Of a stretch of 43,074 bases of DNA, positions 6,355 to 16,510 are shown piece after piece. The notes under the pieces are model-generated. The model searched no databases and was not told the origin of the DNA. It saw nothing but the letters and a program-made list of their open reading frames with translations. The translations under genes were made by a program, and so were the position numbers. Positions within the stretch are counted from its first letter, which is position 1. Every line of letters starts with the position of its first letter. This DNA comes from Sphingomonadales bacterium (lineage in GTDB: Bacteria; Pseudomonadota; Alphaproteobacteria; Sphingomonadales; CAKZYD01): the NCBI GenBank assembly GCA_050114795.1, contig JASFRS010000002.1, forward strand, positions 1-43,074. The letters run 5' to 3'.

Positions 6355-7497
6355 ATGGGTGCCTGGGGCTATAAGCTGTATCAATGCGATGATGCGCAGG
6401 ATTTTCGGGAAGAATTTAAATTTGTCAAAAACTTCCCGTTCGGCGAAGATCAATTTCTGGCGTATTTCAAGGACAGTTGCGGTTATTTGAGGGGGGATGA
6501 TCAGAGTATCCAATGGCTGGTGCTTTATGACCAATTTCATCAATATGCCATTGATGCGCCTCTAACACTTCAGCGCGTCAAAAAGATCATAAAGAATGGT
6601 GAAGATATCACCTATCACCGTGATTTGGATATGAGTGAGCGCGACTTGGAAAAACGCGCAAAACATCTCGAAGATCTATGGCAGACTTGGCAGTCACCCC
6701 CGGTAAAGCCGAAGAAACGAAAGCTCGTCAATCCAGACCAGCCCTTTGTGATGGATGTGGGGGATGTTTATATCTACCCCACTGAGAATGGGTGGCCTCG
6801 TATGCCCCGTTCTGAATGGTCCGCTATGGGAGTTCTTGACCCAGGCAAAAAAGGTCAGCCCGTTCCAGAGGTTAATCTGACAGAATGGGCGGCGTTTGTG
6901 GTTTTGAAGCGACAAAGAACAGCCGGCATTATTCCGCAATATGTTGTTTTAAGATTAAAGCTGGAGACGGGTGTTGAGCGGCCGAACCTTGAAGATGTGA
7001 AAAACGCTTTTATCGCAGGGGGAACGGATAACAAGCATTTTTATAATGCTAAGAATCATATGTATGTCGAGCTGCAGACTTATTATGTGGAGACAACAGC
7101 ACAGGCTTTAAAGCATTTGAGGGCCGAGTGCCTGGGCAACCTTTCAATAGACACGGCAATCCTTCTCCATGATATGGAAAAATTTTCAGTGGAGCAGCAT
7201 TGGCGCTGGCGTCATTTGCAGTATCTAAGATATGAGAAGGAAGGGTGGGATTGGTCAGGGGGTTTACCATCACCTGAGCCATATTTTGACGGTGTGTATA
7301 AACCCGCCGAAATGAAATTGGCCTATCGCAAGAGCTTAAGTGATTTTCTCTGGGCTGGGGATGTTTCTACAGAGTCAGATTGGCAGAGAAATATGATCTC
7401 TGTGAAGGCTCTGCCCCTGAAAAACTACTTCTCAGAGGCCAAGCCAGCCAAAAGGACAGAGCGTTTCTTCACTATTGATGATCTGCGACGCCCCTAA
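6355..7497 (+). CDS. hypothetical protein with a DUF4259-like N-terminus
   Basis: 380-aa ORF. The N-terminus MGAWGYKLYQCDDAQDF resembles the MGAWG..F.ND.A.DF start of DUF4259 proteins (from memory). The remaining ~300 aa are unrecognised. Confidence 0.6.
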   Translation: MGAWGYKLYQCDDAQDFREEFKFVKNFPFGEDQFLAYFKDSCGYLRGDDQSIQWLVLYDQFHQYAIDAPLTLQRVKKIIKNGEDITYHRDLDMSERDLEKRAKHLEDLWQTWQSPPVKPKKRKLVNPDQPFVMDVGDVYIYPTENGWPRMPRSEWSAMGVLDPGKKGQPVPEVNLTEWAAFVVLKRQRTAGIIPQYVVLRLKLETGVERPNLEDVKNAFIAGGTDNKHFYNAKNHMYVELQTYYVETTAQALKHLRAECLGNLSIDTAILLHDMEKFSVEQHWRWRHLQYLRYEKEGWDWSGGLPSPEPYFDGVYKPAEMKLAYRKSLSDFLWAGDVSTESDWQRNMISVKALPLKNYFSEAKPAKRTERFFTIDDLRRP

Positions 7498-8564
7498 GCG
7501 TCGTTTAAAACGCCGCGACGAATTTGGTCGAGTTCGATGGATTCAAACAGCGCTTGGAAATTGCCTTCACCAAAGCCTTCGTTGCCTTTGCGCTGGATGA
7601 TTTCAAAGAAAATCGGGCCAATCACATTTTGGGTGAAGATTTGAAGTAGCAGGCCTTGACCTTCTGTCGGTGCACCGTCCAGAAGAATGCGACGGACACG
7701 CAGTTCTTCCACATCCTCCCCGTGACCGGGGACGCGGTTGTCCAGCGCCTCATAATAGGTGTCGGGCGTATCCTGGAAAGCCACACCACGAGCCTTCAAC
7801 ATATCAACGGTGCCGAAAATGTCCTCGGTCCCAAGGGCGATATGCTGGATGCCTTCGCCATGATATTCGCGCAGATATTCTTCAATCTGGCTCTTGTCAT
7901 CCTGACTTTCATTGATGGGAATGCGGATTTTGCCGCAAGGGCTGGTCATGGCGCGTGAGACAAGGCCCGTTAATTTGCCTTCAATATCGAAATAGCGAAT
8001 TTCGCGGAAGTTGAAGAGCTTTTCATAAAAGCCCGCCCATTTGTCCATATTCCCACGCATCACATTGTGGGTGAGATGATCGACATAGGTAAGACCTGAA
8101 TCAAGTGCTCTTAATTTCTCGTGCCAGCCCTCTTCAAAGACAAAGTCGACTTCATAAATGGACCTGTCGCCATAGCGATCAACTAAGTAGAGACGCGAAC
8201 CACCGATACCTTCAATGGCCGGGATGTTCAATTCCATTGGGCCTACATGGGTAGGGCAGGGGGTTGCACCCAACTCAACAGCGCGGTCAAATGCCTTAGC
8301 TGCATCTTTAACCCGAAAGGCCATGGCGCAGGCGCAAGGGCCGTGCTCTTTGGCAAATTGTTGGGCGAAACTGTCCGGCTCTGCATTGATGATGAAATTA
8401 ATGTCGCCCTGACGGTGCAGGGTTACGTCTTTCGAGCGGTGCCGGGCGATAGCCGGGAAACCCATGCGCTCAAATAATGTCCTTAAAAGCTCAGGTTCCG
8501 GTGCCGCATATTCGACAAATTCAAAACCATCAGTTCCCATTGGATTGTCGTATAAATCAGCCAT
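7494..8564 (-). CDS. hppD: 4-hydroxyphenylpyruvate dioxygenase
   Basis: Starts MADLYDNPMGTDGFEFVEYAAP and contains HIALGTEDI. The C-terminal FFEIIQRKG..GFGEGNFQALFESIE is characteristic of HPPD. Start at ATG 8564, with AAGAGGTG upstream; the track ORF extends to 8621. Confidence 0.9.
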   Translation of the reverse strand: MADLYDNPMGTDGFEFVEYAAPEPELLRTLFERMGFPAIARHRSKDVTLHRQGDINFIINAEPDSFAQQFAKEHGPCACAMAFRVKDAAKAFDRAVELGATPCPTHVGPMELNIPAIEGIGGSRLYLVDRYGDRSIYEVDFVFEEGWHEKLRALDSGLTYVDHLTHNVMRGNMDKWAGFYEKLFNFREIRYFDIEGKLTGLVSRAMTSPCGKIRIPINESQDDKSQIEEYLREYHGEGIQHIALGTEDIFGTVDMLKARGVAFQDTPDTYYEALDNRVPGHGEDVEELRVRRILLDGAPTEGQGLLLQIFTQNVIGPIFFEIIQRKGNEGFGEGNFQALFESIELDQIRRGVLNDA

Positions 8565-8633
8565 GATAGACACCTCTTGACGAATGGCCTTTAAGCACAT
8601 TTGTTTAATCTTAAAAATCAAGTATAGTTACAA

Positions 8634-9101
8634 ATGAAACTATTGGCAAGGCATGTTGGTATGACGGAAAAACCCAATGAAATCTTTGAGTTGGCAAATT
8701 TTCTGCCGTATCAGCTTTCAACAATTGCGAATCTTGTCAGCCGGGAGCTTGCCCAGATTTATCAGGAAGAATTTGACTTAAGTGTTGCCGAATGGCGGAT
8801 TATCGCTGTTCTTGGCCCGGACAAGCAGTTAAGTGCGAGGGATATTACTGATATCACCATTATGGATAAGGTCACGGTATCACGTGCTGTACAGCGCTTG
8901 ATGCAATCTGGACGGATAGCGTCCAAGGCTGACAAAAATGACCGGCGGCGCCAGATCCTCGTACTGACGGAAGCGGGCCAAGATGTGTTTCATACCGTAG
9001 TGCCTCTAGCCCTGGGCTATGAAGCGCGCCTGCTTAACCGAATTGGTGATGAAGAGCGGGCCACTCTCTCTAAAATTTTCAAAAAACTGAATGGTGGATG
9101 A
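8634..9101 (+). CDS. MarR family transcriptional regulator
   Basis: Winged-helix core LSVAEWRIIAVLGPDKQLSARDITDITIMDKVTVSRAVQRL..DRRRQILVLTEAG. It is divergent from hppD. An alternative start is ATG 8661. Confidence 0.85.
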   Translation: MKLLARHVGMTEKPNEIFELANFLPYQLSTIANLVSRELAQIYQEEFDLSVAEWRIIAVLGPDKQLSARDITDITIMDKVTVSRAVQRLMQSGRIASKADKNDRRRQILVLTEAGQDVFHTVVPLALGYEARLLNRIGDEERATLSKIFKKLNGG

Positions 9102-9207
9102 TTGGCCACAATTTGGAACTAGTCTGTCTCTCTCATGCAATCTTGCATTGTGATGAAATGTCGCTGCATTTAAAGGCGCATATTCAGAAACATCACCGGA
9201 GAATAAC

Positions 9208-10557
9208 TTGAGTTCCAAAGCTGAAAACCGTGCCCGCTTAACGGAAGGCCCTGTCGGACCAACGCTGATCAAATTGGTGGTGCCCATGATTTGGGGTGTG
9301 CTGGCTGTCATGTCCCAGTCAATTGTGGATGCCTATTTTGTCGGGCAGCTTGGGGCACAGCAGTTGGCTGCGATTGCTTATATTCTCCCCATCGCCTTTT
9401 TCGTAACCAGCATGACGCTGGGGCTGACCGTTGGTACAAGTGCGGTTTTGGCTAGGCAAATTGGTGCGGAAGATTGGACCAAAGTTAGGCAGACAGTCAC
9501 CCATGCTTTGATTCTCGGGTTAAGCTTAATCCTATCCCTTTTGTTTCTTGGCATATTGGGGATTGAGGCGATATTGAGGCTTCAAGACGTGCCGCCTGAA
9601 AGCTGGCCCATGATCAAGTCTTATTTGGGGATTTGGGTGTGGTCCATGTTCCCGCTTGTTCTTGCTATGATAACCAATGGGGCCATGCGCGCTCATGGCG
9701 ACACATTAGCGTCGAGTTCAATATTGATTATGGCTGCATTGGCAAATGCGATATTGGACCCGGTCCTGATTTTTGGCTTGGGTGATTTCCAGGGTTTGGG
9801 ATTCAGGGGCGCTGCCTGGGCTAGTGTAGGTGCGAATTTTGCTGCTGCACTTTTGGCTTTGAGATATTTGGTCTTCCGCGACAACCTGATTGACTGGTCT
9901 ATGCCAAGCTGGTCGGGAGTAAAAGCAAGTTGGGCCGCGGTCCTGGTGATTGGCGTTCCGTCAGCCCTTGCCAATATGGTTACGCCCGTGTCGCGGGCCT
10001 TGCTTAATCGCATCATTACCGATTTTGGCGGTCCCGCCGTTGCGGGCTTTGGGGTGGTGTTTCAACTGGAAATGTTATCCCTTATTGTGCCATTGGCGCT
10101 GTCTTCCATCATTGGACCATTCATAGGGCAAAACCTGGGTGCTGGTCGCGTGGATCGTATGCGTGAGGCTATGCGCCTGGTCCTGGTCTTCAGCTTTATC
10201 TACGGTATTGCCGTAATGCTCTTAATGGCGCTGGGGCGGGAATGGATTGCACGGCAGTTTATTGATGATGATCAAACCATTGCTGTCATTACCGGCTATC
10301 TTATCGGTGTTCCATGGAGCTATGGTTTCTATGCAGTCATCATGATGACGGGTGCAGCCTTCAACTCAATGGGTAATCCAAAACCCAATTTTGTTTTATA
10401 TACGGTTCGTCTGTTGGCGATCTATGTACCCGCGGCTTGGATAGGTTCTTACTATTTTGGAATAGAAGGCATTATCGCAGCGTCTGCCCTGTCAAATATT
10501 TTGACCGGTGGCATGGCGCTTTATTGGTGTTATGTGCATTTTCCTAAAGAGGCTTAA
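9208..10557 (+). CDS. MATE family efflux transporter
   Basis: 449 aa with about 12 hydrophobic segments. The N-terminus GPVGPTLIKLVVPMIWGVLAVMSQSIVDAYFVGQLG is typical of the MATE family. TTG start with GGAGAA upstream. Confidence 0.85.
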   Translation: MSSKAENRARLTEGPVGPTLIKLVVPMIWGVLAVMSQSIVDAYFVGQLGAQQLAAIAYILPIAFFVTSMTLGLTVGTSAVLARQIGAEDWTKVRQTVTHALILGLSLILSLLFLGILGIEAILRLQDVPPESWPMIKSYLGIWVWSMFPLVLAMITNGAMRAHGDTLASSSILIMAALANAILDPVLIFGLGDFQGLGFRGAAWASVGANFAAALLALRYLVFRDNLIDWSMPSWSGVKASWAAVLVIGVPSALANMVTPVSRALLNRIITDFGGPAVAGFGVVFQLEMLSLIVPLALSSIIGPFIGQNLGAGRVDRMREAMRLVLVFSFIYGIAVMLLMALGREWIARQFIDDDQTIAVITGYLIGVPWSYGFYAVIMMTGAAFNSMGNPKPNFVLYTVRLLAIYVPAAWIGSYYFGIEGIIAASALSNILTGGMALYWCYVHFPKEA

Positions 10558-12845
10558 TCTCTTCTGGCAAAAGTGAGAATGAGCGCAGGCGTCATCGTGA
10601 AATCCGCGATTAGGCCAATGAAGATCGTCAATGCCACCATCGCGGCCATTAAAGAGATGATGGCGAAATTGGACAGGGTTAGAATTAGAAAACCCATCAA
10701 CAAAACGATTGCTGAAACCCAAATAGCCATGCCGGTGGATGCAAAGACGTCACGCATGGCATTTTCAGGCGTCATGTGGTCCATATTGATGGCACGTGCA
10801 TATTTGGAAAAAAGATGCACTGTAAAGTCAACAATCAGTCCTAAGCTGGTGGCGGTTACAAAGGCCGCATAAAGTCCGATTTCCGAATGAAAGATAGCCC
10901 AGAGTCCGAATGTAAATATGGCGGGGGCCAGATTTGGCAAAAGCGATAAAATTCCATAGCGCAAGCTGCGTAATGCGATAGCAATTGTCCCGGCAATCAG
11001 CAGAAACGCGAGAAGCGTGCCGATAAACATGGATTTAATATTACTTCCTGTTAAGTGGGCAAAGATGATGTTTGTACCGCTGGCGTCACTAAGCTGACTG
11101 TTGTGGAGGTTGTTATCTGCCCAGCTTCTTGTACGTGCTTTGAATTCAAGCATTTTTTCTGATGAAATATTTTTCATGATGACCAATATACGAGAGCTGT
11201 TACGACTAATATCGATCATATTATTGAGGTCTAATCCTTGGGGCAGCGAAAGCTCATAAAGCAACAAATATTGTGCTGCGGCCTCCTGGCTTTCCGGCAG
11301 TGTTTCGTAGGCTGGGTCATCGCCGTGGATATTCTTATTTAGTCGCCGCATAATCATGTCAAAGGACAGGATGTGGGCGACTTCTTCCTGATTTGAGGCC
11401 CATTGAGAGAATTTCTCCAGGTCGTGCAGATAGTCCACGTTGGAAATGCCCGCAGGGTCATTTGCTTTTAAAGCAAATTGCACCGCATAAATCCCAGGAA
11501 GCTCTTGCGATATAAAGTCTGCGTCATCGCGGAATGTTGCACCTTGTGCAATCCATTCAACGAAATTGTCGTTAATTCTAAGGTTTGGAATAAGTGCGAT
11601 TGCCCCTGCGAGAAGGAGTAATGACAGCCCCAAAACAAGCCGCTTATACCGGATCACCGCCTCAACGAGTTTAAGCTCAATCCGTTCCATCACATTTTGC
11701 CCTGAAGAGGCAGTGAGTTTTATGCGCTTGAGTAATAATGGTAGAAACAGCATCGAATATAAAAAGGCGAATATTGTGCCAATAGCTGCAATCGTGCCCA
11801 GATCGCGAAATGGTGGTGTATCTGAAAAATTCAGGCTTAGAAAACCCAGCGCGGTTGTCACGCTGGTTAGAAATATGGGCTGAGCATTGATGAACAGGCT
11901 TTTGCGTATGGCGGAGAGGGGCTTAATTCCAGCGTTCAGATATTTTCGCGCCCCCACAATCAAATGAATACTGTCAGCAATTGCGACGGTCAAAATGATG
12001 ATTGGCGCCTGCCCTGATGCAGGGGTCAGTTTTACGCCCATCCAGCCTGCTATACCCATTGTTGTGATAATGGTAATGCCCATGACCACAAGGGCTGCCA
12101 CGCTTAAAGCGATGGACCTGAAAAAATAAGCCATTAACGCGCCGAGAAGCAGGATCATCAGCGGGAACAACAGCGTCATGTCTTTAATCGTGATTTCAAA
12201 AAAGCTGTTAGACAACATGATGACGCCGGTCGTAGCGATTTTATATCCCGGATAGTCCTGTTTGAACTGGGTCTTTAGCTTTTCAACGGCGTTTGCGATG
12301 TCTGGTAACAAGGCATCGCGGTCTTCTGGCAATTGGGTTGTGGCTATGATTTGAACCGTCTGACCATCCGCGCTGATTAGTCGTTTTTTAATAAGCGGAT
12401 CGGTTTCCCCTAAACGCTTAATATCTTCAATTGGAATTGCGGCTTCACCATCTTGGAATAGGGGCGTGACCAGAAGGTCATCCCCCTCGGCTTGGCTGTG
12501 CTGGTAATTTACAAGCGAGTCAACGCGGATGACATGAGGTATGGACCAGGCTGCCTGGGTGAGCGCCTCAATCGCTTCAAGATCCGCCTGATTGTAAAAA
12601 TCACCCTTATCTTTATGAAGGAACAGGTTAACACCATCGGATTGGGTGAAGCTTTGTTCCATTGCTTCATGCGCGGCCAGATTCGGATTTTTAGGGTCGA
12701 AAAACGCCCGGTAATCATGAGAGAAGCTGAGTTTCAAACCGCCTAGCCCAAAGGCGATAGTTGCAATCAAACATAAGGCAAAAACAAGGCGCTCATGACG
12801 GAAAAGTCTGTCAATCCATTGATCGGATGATGAAGTCATGACCAT
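10554..12845 (-). CDS. RND superfamily (MMPL/SSD-type) exporter
   Basis: 763 aa. Two blocks of clustered transmembrane helices are separated by large soluble loops, which is the architecture of predicted RND/MMPL exporters. Confidence 0.8.
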   Translation of the reverse strand: MVMTSSSDQWIDRLFRHERLVFALCLIATIAFGLGGLKLSFSHDYRAFFDPKNPNLAAHEAMEQSFTQSDGVNLFLHKDKGDFYNQADLEAIEALTQAAWSIPHVIRVDSLVNYQHSQAEGDDLLVTPLFQDGEAAIPIEDIKRLGETDPLIKKRLISADGQTVQIIATTQLPEDRDALLPDIANAVEKLKTQFKQDYPGYKIATTGVIMLSNSFFEITIKDMTLLFPLMILLLGALMAYFFRSIALSVAALVVMGITIITTMGIAGWMGVKLTPASGQAPIIILTVAIADSIHLIVGARKYLNAGIKPLSAIRKSLFINAQPIFLTSVTTALGFLSLNFSDTPPFRDLGTIAAIGTIFAFLYSMLFLPLLLKRIKLTASSGQNVMERIELKLVEAVIRYKRLVLGLSLLLLAGAIALIPNLRINDNFVEWIAQGATFRDDADFISQELPGIYAVQFALKANDPAGISNVDYLHDLEKFSQWASNQEEVAHILSFDMIMRRLNKNIHGDDPAYETLPESQEAAAQYLLLYELSLPQGLDLNNMIDISRNSSRILVIMKNISSEKMLEFKARTRSWADNNLHNSQLSDASGTNIIFAHLTGSNIKSMFIGTLLAFLLIAGTIAIALRSLRYGILSLLPNLAPAIFTFGLWAIFHSEIGLYAAFVTATSLGLIVDFTVHLFSKYARAINMDHMTPENAMRDVFASTGMAIWVSAIVLLMGFLILTLSNFAIISLMAAMVALTIFIGLIADFTMTPALILTFARRD

Positions 12846-12873
12846 GCTCTCACTTTACGCCGACCCTCGCTGT

Positions 12874-13716
12874 CTATTCAATGCTGCATAATTCCTTCGA
12901 AACTGTCCACAGTCTCTCTCGTGCAGCTTTGTCCTGGACCAATGGATGTGGTGCGGTTTTTTCGTGGTTGGTATAATATCCGCCGGTTTTGCCCTCATAT
13001 TTGGGACTTGCCGCAAGGCGTAATGGGCCGACTGCGCCTTCCCGCGGTGTCAGGTAAAAAAGCCCAAATGCCCTAAAGACGAGGGCCTGCCAGCTCATGC
13101 CTGAAGCAATTTTGGTGCGCACGATGCCGGGATGGACTGCATTGATGGTAAATTTATCAGCAGGCGTTTTTTCCGCCCAGGATTTGGTCGCCATCATTAA
13201 GGCGAGCTTCGACTGTGCATAAGCACCCAAGCCGGAATAGGGGCGATATTCATACATCAGGTCTGCAAAATCCAGATGGCCCCTTAAATGCATAGCCGAC
13301 GTTATGTTCACGACGCGCCCCTTAGTCAGGTGATTTTTTAAAAGCTGCAAGGTTAGAAAGGGTGCGAGATAATTGACCTGAAATTGAAGTTCATAGCCCT
13401 GTTTGGTGGTCTGTCGTCTTGGCGTCCAAACGCCAGCGTTGTTCACCAAAATATCTAGTTTTTTGGTTTCGGACAGCACTTGGTCCGTCATCTTGCGAAC
13501 GTGACTCAAATCCCTGAAATCCGCCTTTACAGCGATATGTTTGTCGGAATTTTGGGTGTTTGGAAGGCGCTTTAATAACCGAGACAGTTTTGCATCGGAG
13601 CGCCCGTGAACAATCACCTGCGCCCCTAATTGTGCCAGGCCTTTAGCGATTTCCCACCCTATGCCGCTGGTCGCGCCGGTAACCAGCGCGACCTTATCGG
13701 TCAAATCATATCGCAT
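12874..13716 (-). CDS. SDR family oxidoreductase
   Basis: TGATSGIG dinucleotide motif, NNAG, and catalytic YAQSK (YxxxK). Confidence 0.9.
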   Translation of the reverse strand: MRYDLTDKVALVTGATSGIGWEIAKGLAQLGAQVIVHGRSDAKLSRLLKRLPNTQNSDKHIAVKADFRDLSHVRKMTDQVLSETKKLDILVNNAGVWTPRRQTTKQGYELQFQVNYLAPFLTLQLLKNHLTKGRVVNITSAMHLRGHLDFADLMYEYRPYSGLGAYAQSKLALMMATKSWAEKTPADKFTINAVHPGIVRTKIASGMSWQALVFRAFGLFYLTPREGAVGPLRLAASPKYEGKTGGYYTNHEKTAPHPLVQDKAARERLWTVSKELCSIE

Positions 13717-13760
13717 GAGCTGTGCCCCCCATTGCTCCTGCGTTTTTATTTAAGCCCTAT

Positions 13761-14456
13761 TTACCGCTCATGAAGATAATAGCGCTCTACCGGCTTAAGG
13801 CTAGCATCTAAATTATAAACAAGTGGTTTGCCCGTTGGAATTTCAACTGTGGGGATTTCTTCATCTGAAATGCCATCTAGGTATTTCACTAAAGCGCGCA
13901 ATGAATTTCCATGGGCTGCGATGATTAGTCTCTGACCATCACGCAGGTCTGGCGCAATGTTGGCCTCCCAATAGGGAAGTACGCGCTCAATCGTGTCTTT
14001 CAGGCTTTCTGTCTGCGGAACCAGTTTGGAATCAAGCTTTGCATAGCGTGGGTCAGCGGAAACATCGAATTCGCTGCCCTTTTCCATATCAGGCGGAGGA
14101 ATGTCGAAGGAGCGACGCCAGATGAAGACTTGTTCATCACCGACTTTTTCCGCCATTTCCTTTTTATTATAGCCGGTTAGGCCGCCATAGTGACGCTCGT
14201 TTAACTCCCAGGCCTTTGTGGTGGGGAGCCAAAGCTGGCCCATTTCCTCAATAGCTAGATTAAGTGTTTTAATCGCCCGTGTAAGGACAGAGGTATAGGC
14301 GGCATCAAATTGAAAACCGGCTTCTTTCAATGCACGTCCGGCTTCCCGCGCTTCTTCCACACCTTTATCTGAAAGATTGACATCCCACCAACCGGTAAAG
14401 CGGTTTTCTAAGTTCCATTGGCTTTGGCCATGACGAAGCAGCACCAGTTGCGGCAT
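13761..14456 (-). CDS. gpmA: 2,3-bisphosphoglycerate-dependent phosphoglycerate mutase
   Basis: [28 protein letters not shown] and [10 protein letters not shown] motifs. Confidence 0.95.
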   Translation of the reverse strand: MPQLVLLRHGQSQWNLENRFTGWWDVNLSDKGVEEAREAGRALKEAGFQFDAAYTSVLTRAIKTLNLAIEEMGQLWLPTTKAWELNERHYGGLTGYNKKEMAEKVGDEQVFIWRRSFDIPPPDMEKGSEFDVSADPRYAKLDSKLVPQTESLKDTIERVLPYWEANIAPDLRDGQRLIIAAHGNSLRALVKYLDGISDEEIPTVEIPTGKPLVYNLDASLKPVERYYLHER

Positions 14457-14527
14457 GTTTATCCCCTTGTTGAAGGCGTGTTGAATATGGCGCCACGCCT
14501 AGCAAAGTCTTTGTTTACAGGCAAGAG

Positions 14528-15655
14528 CTAGCGCAGGTCATCAACCAAATAAGCCAGCGTCGCCAGGCATTCTCGAGCCAGATGTTTGCACCTTGTCGGT
14601 GACCAGCCTTCTAAATCATCCGGTAAATCAGCATTATCTTTAAATGGCATTTCAAGTGTCATGGACAGGCAGTCAAAACGTTCAGCAATCTGATTAGTTC
14701 CCATGGTCAAATTGGCTTTGCCAGCCGGTGGTGTGGGATAGCCATATTTTGTCTGGAAATCCGGAGACAGTTCCTCCAGCTTATTCTCAAAGCGGCGTAG
14801 AAGGTCTGTCAGGCGGTCAGTGATGGATGGAATGCCTTCAAAGCCCGCAATGAAATTATAGGGTAGGGCTTCATCGCCATGGACATCAAAAGAAAAGTCC
14901 ACGCCGATTTCATCCATTTTATTCAGCACAAGCAGCACTTCCGGACTGTTTTCCGCTGTCGGATTGGCCCATTCGCGGTTTAAATTTGCCCCCGCCGCGT
15001 TGGTGCGAAGGTGACCGCGCTTGGAACCGTCCGGGTTCATGTTGGGAACGATATAAAAAACGGCTTTATCCAGCAATTTTTTGACCACCGGATCATCAAT
15101 GTCACTTAAACGCTCAAGCGCGCCTTCCATCCACCATTCTGCCATGGTTTCCCCGGGATGCTGTCGGGCAATCATCCAGCATTTCTTTTTACCTTCCCCC
15201 GGCGTGCCGATGGTCAGTAGGTCCATATCCTGACCATCCAGGGTCTGGCCTAAAACCTCAGCCGAGACATGTGGTAATTGGCTTATATCTGCAATCAGGT
15301 CGGCGTGACGTTCCATGGAATAGGGTGCGAAATAGGCGAAATAGACGCTGTCGGCATTGGCCTCGTGCGAGAAAATCAAATTCTCACCATCAAATTCCGT
15401 GTCGATCCGAAACCAGATATCGCGATCATAGGAAGCGCAGACTTTATAGTCCTTCCACCCATCGACATAGGCTGACCCGCCCGCATTTGTAATGCGGTAT
15501 CGACAAATTTCCCCGCGTACATTGGACACGCGGAAATAGAACCATTGATAAAAGTCTGATTTGTTATCTTTGCGGATCCGTAATTGGATGTCCTGTTTAT
15601 CACTGGCGTTATCTATGATGATATTCCCACCGTCGAATACGCTGCTGATATGCAT
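14528..15655 (-). CDS. M14 family metallocarboxypeptidase (cytosolic carboxypeptidase-like)
   Basis: QHPGETMAEWWMEG zinc-ligand motif (HxxE). It is preceded by a beta-rich N-domain (FYQWFYFRV), as in the M14 subfamily with an N-terminal domain. Confidence 0.8.
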   Translation of the reverse strand: MHISSVFDGGNIIIDNASDKQDIQLRIRKDNKSDFYQWFYFRVSNVRGEICRYRITNAGGSAYVDGWKDYKVCASYDRDIWFRIDTEFDGENLIFSHEANADSVYFAYFAPYSMERHADLIADISQLPHVSAEVLGQTLDGQDMDLLTIGTPGEGKKKCWMIARQHPGETMAEWWMEGALERLSDIDDPVVKKLLDKAVFYIVPNMNPDGSKRGHLRTNAAGANLNREWANPTAENSPEVLLVLNKMDEIGVDFSFDVHGDEALPYNFIAGFEGIPSITDRLTDLLRRFENKLEELSPDFQTKYGYPTPPAGKANLTMGTNQIAERFDCLSMTLEMPFKDNADLPDDLEGWSPTRCKHLARECLATLAYLVDDLR

Positions 15656-15674
15656 CTTATTTGCCCTTATTTAT

Positions 15675-16295
15675 CTATTGTTTGGGTTCCAGGCGGGTTT
15701 CAAACTCTGTAGTCACCCCGCTAGGCCCTGGGAATTCCGAAAAAAGGGCGTCTATCATCACGGGAAGAATAAGGGAAGGGTTGCCTTCTTTGCCTTCTGA
15801 TGTGACGCGGCCTTCATAAATGATTTGATTATTGGTGCGATCTTGAAGCTTGATGCCAAGATAACGCGAATAATATGTATCCGGCTTTCTTTCCCCAACC
15901 CCGAATATGGTGCCCACGCTGACCCCGACATGGCTCCCAACACCGCCAACGCCGACTCCAACAGACACTGGGCTGTCTCGCCTCTCATCCACAGCAGCTC
16001 TGGGCTGAATATTGTAATCAAGGACAGCGAGAAAATCGGCTTCTTCTTGGTTTGCTGCAGGTGTGAAGCCCAGGCCTGCTAGTTTTTGGCCGACAGCATC
16101 TGCATATGAGGAGAACTCCAAGCCATTTTGCTCTTCATATTGAGGAACGACTGTTATGGACTTGTTTTGGAACTCATTTGCGGCACTTAAAGTGTGAAAT
16201 CGAACCACATCGGCTTCGAACTTGGGGGTGCTACAGGCTCCCAAGAGGCTGAGGGCAACAGGCAAAAAGCCCAATTTTATGAGTGATTTCAGCAT
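15675..16295 (-). CDS. DUF4136-like lipoprotein
   Basis: Signal peptide with lipobox LSLLGAC. Overall length and pattern resemble DUF4136 lipoproteins (from memory). Confidence 0.6.
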   Translation of the reverse strand: MLKSLIKLGFLPVALSLLGACSTPKFEADVVRFHTLSAANEFQNKSITVVPQYEEQNGLEFSSYADAVGQKLAGLGFTPAANQEEADFLAVLDYNIQPRAAVDERRDSPVSVGVGVGGVGSHVGVSVGTIFGVGERKPDTYYSRYLGIKLQDRTNNQIIYEGRVTSEGKEGNPSLILPVMIDALFSEFPGPSGVTTEFETRLEPKQ

Positions 16296-16510
16296 TCGAC
16301 TTGCTCCTTAATGCCACGCATGTTCTATATTCATGGCTTAGCTCCGGAATTACAAGGGGGATTAGGGGCATAGCTAATATGATTAAGTCTAAATTTTTCA
16401 GACTTTATAAAGCCTTTCTTGACCCCTTTAAGTGCAAAAGGGTATTGGGCAACCACATAATATTCACAAATATGCAGATATATAGTTTTTGCCTGTAGAG
16501 GAAGGACCGC

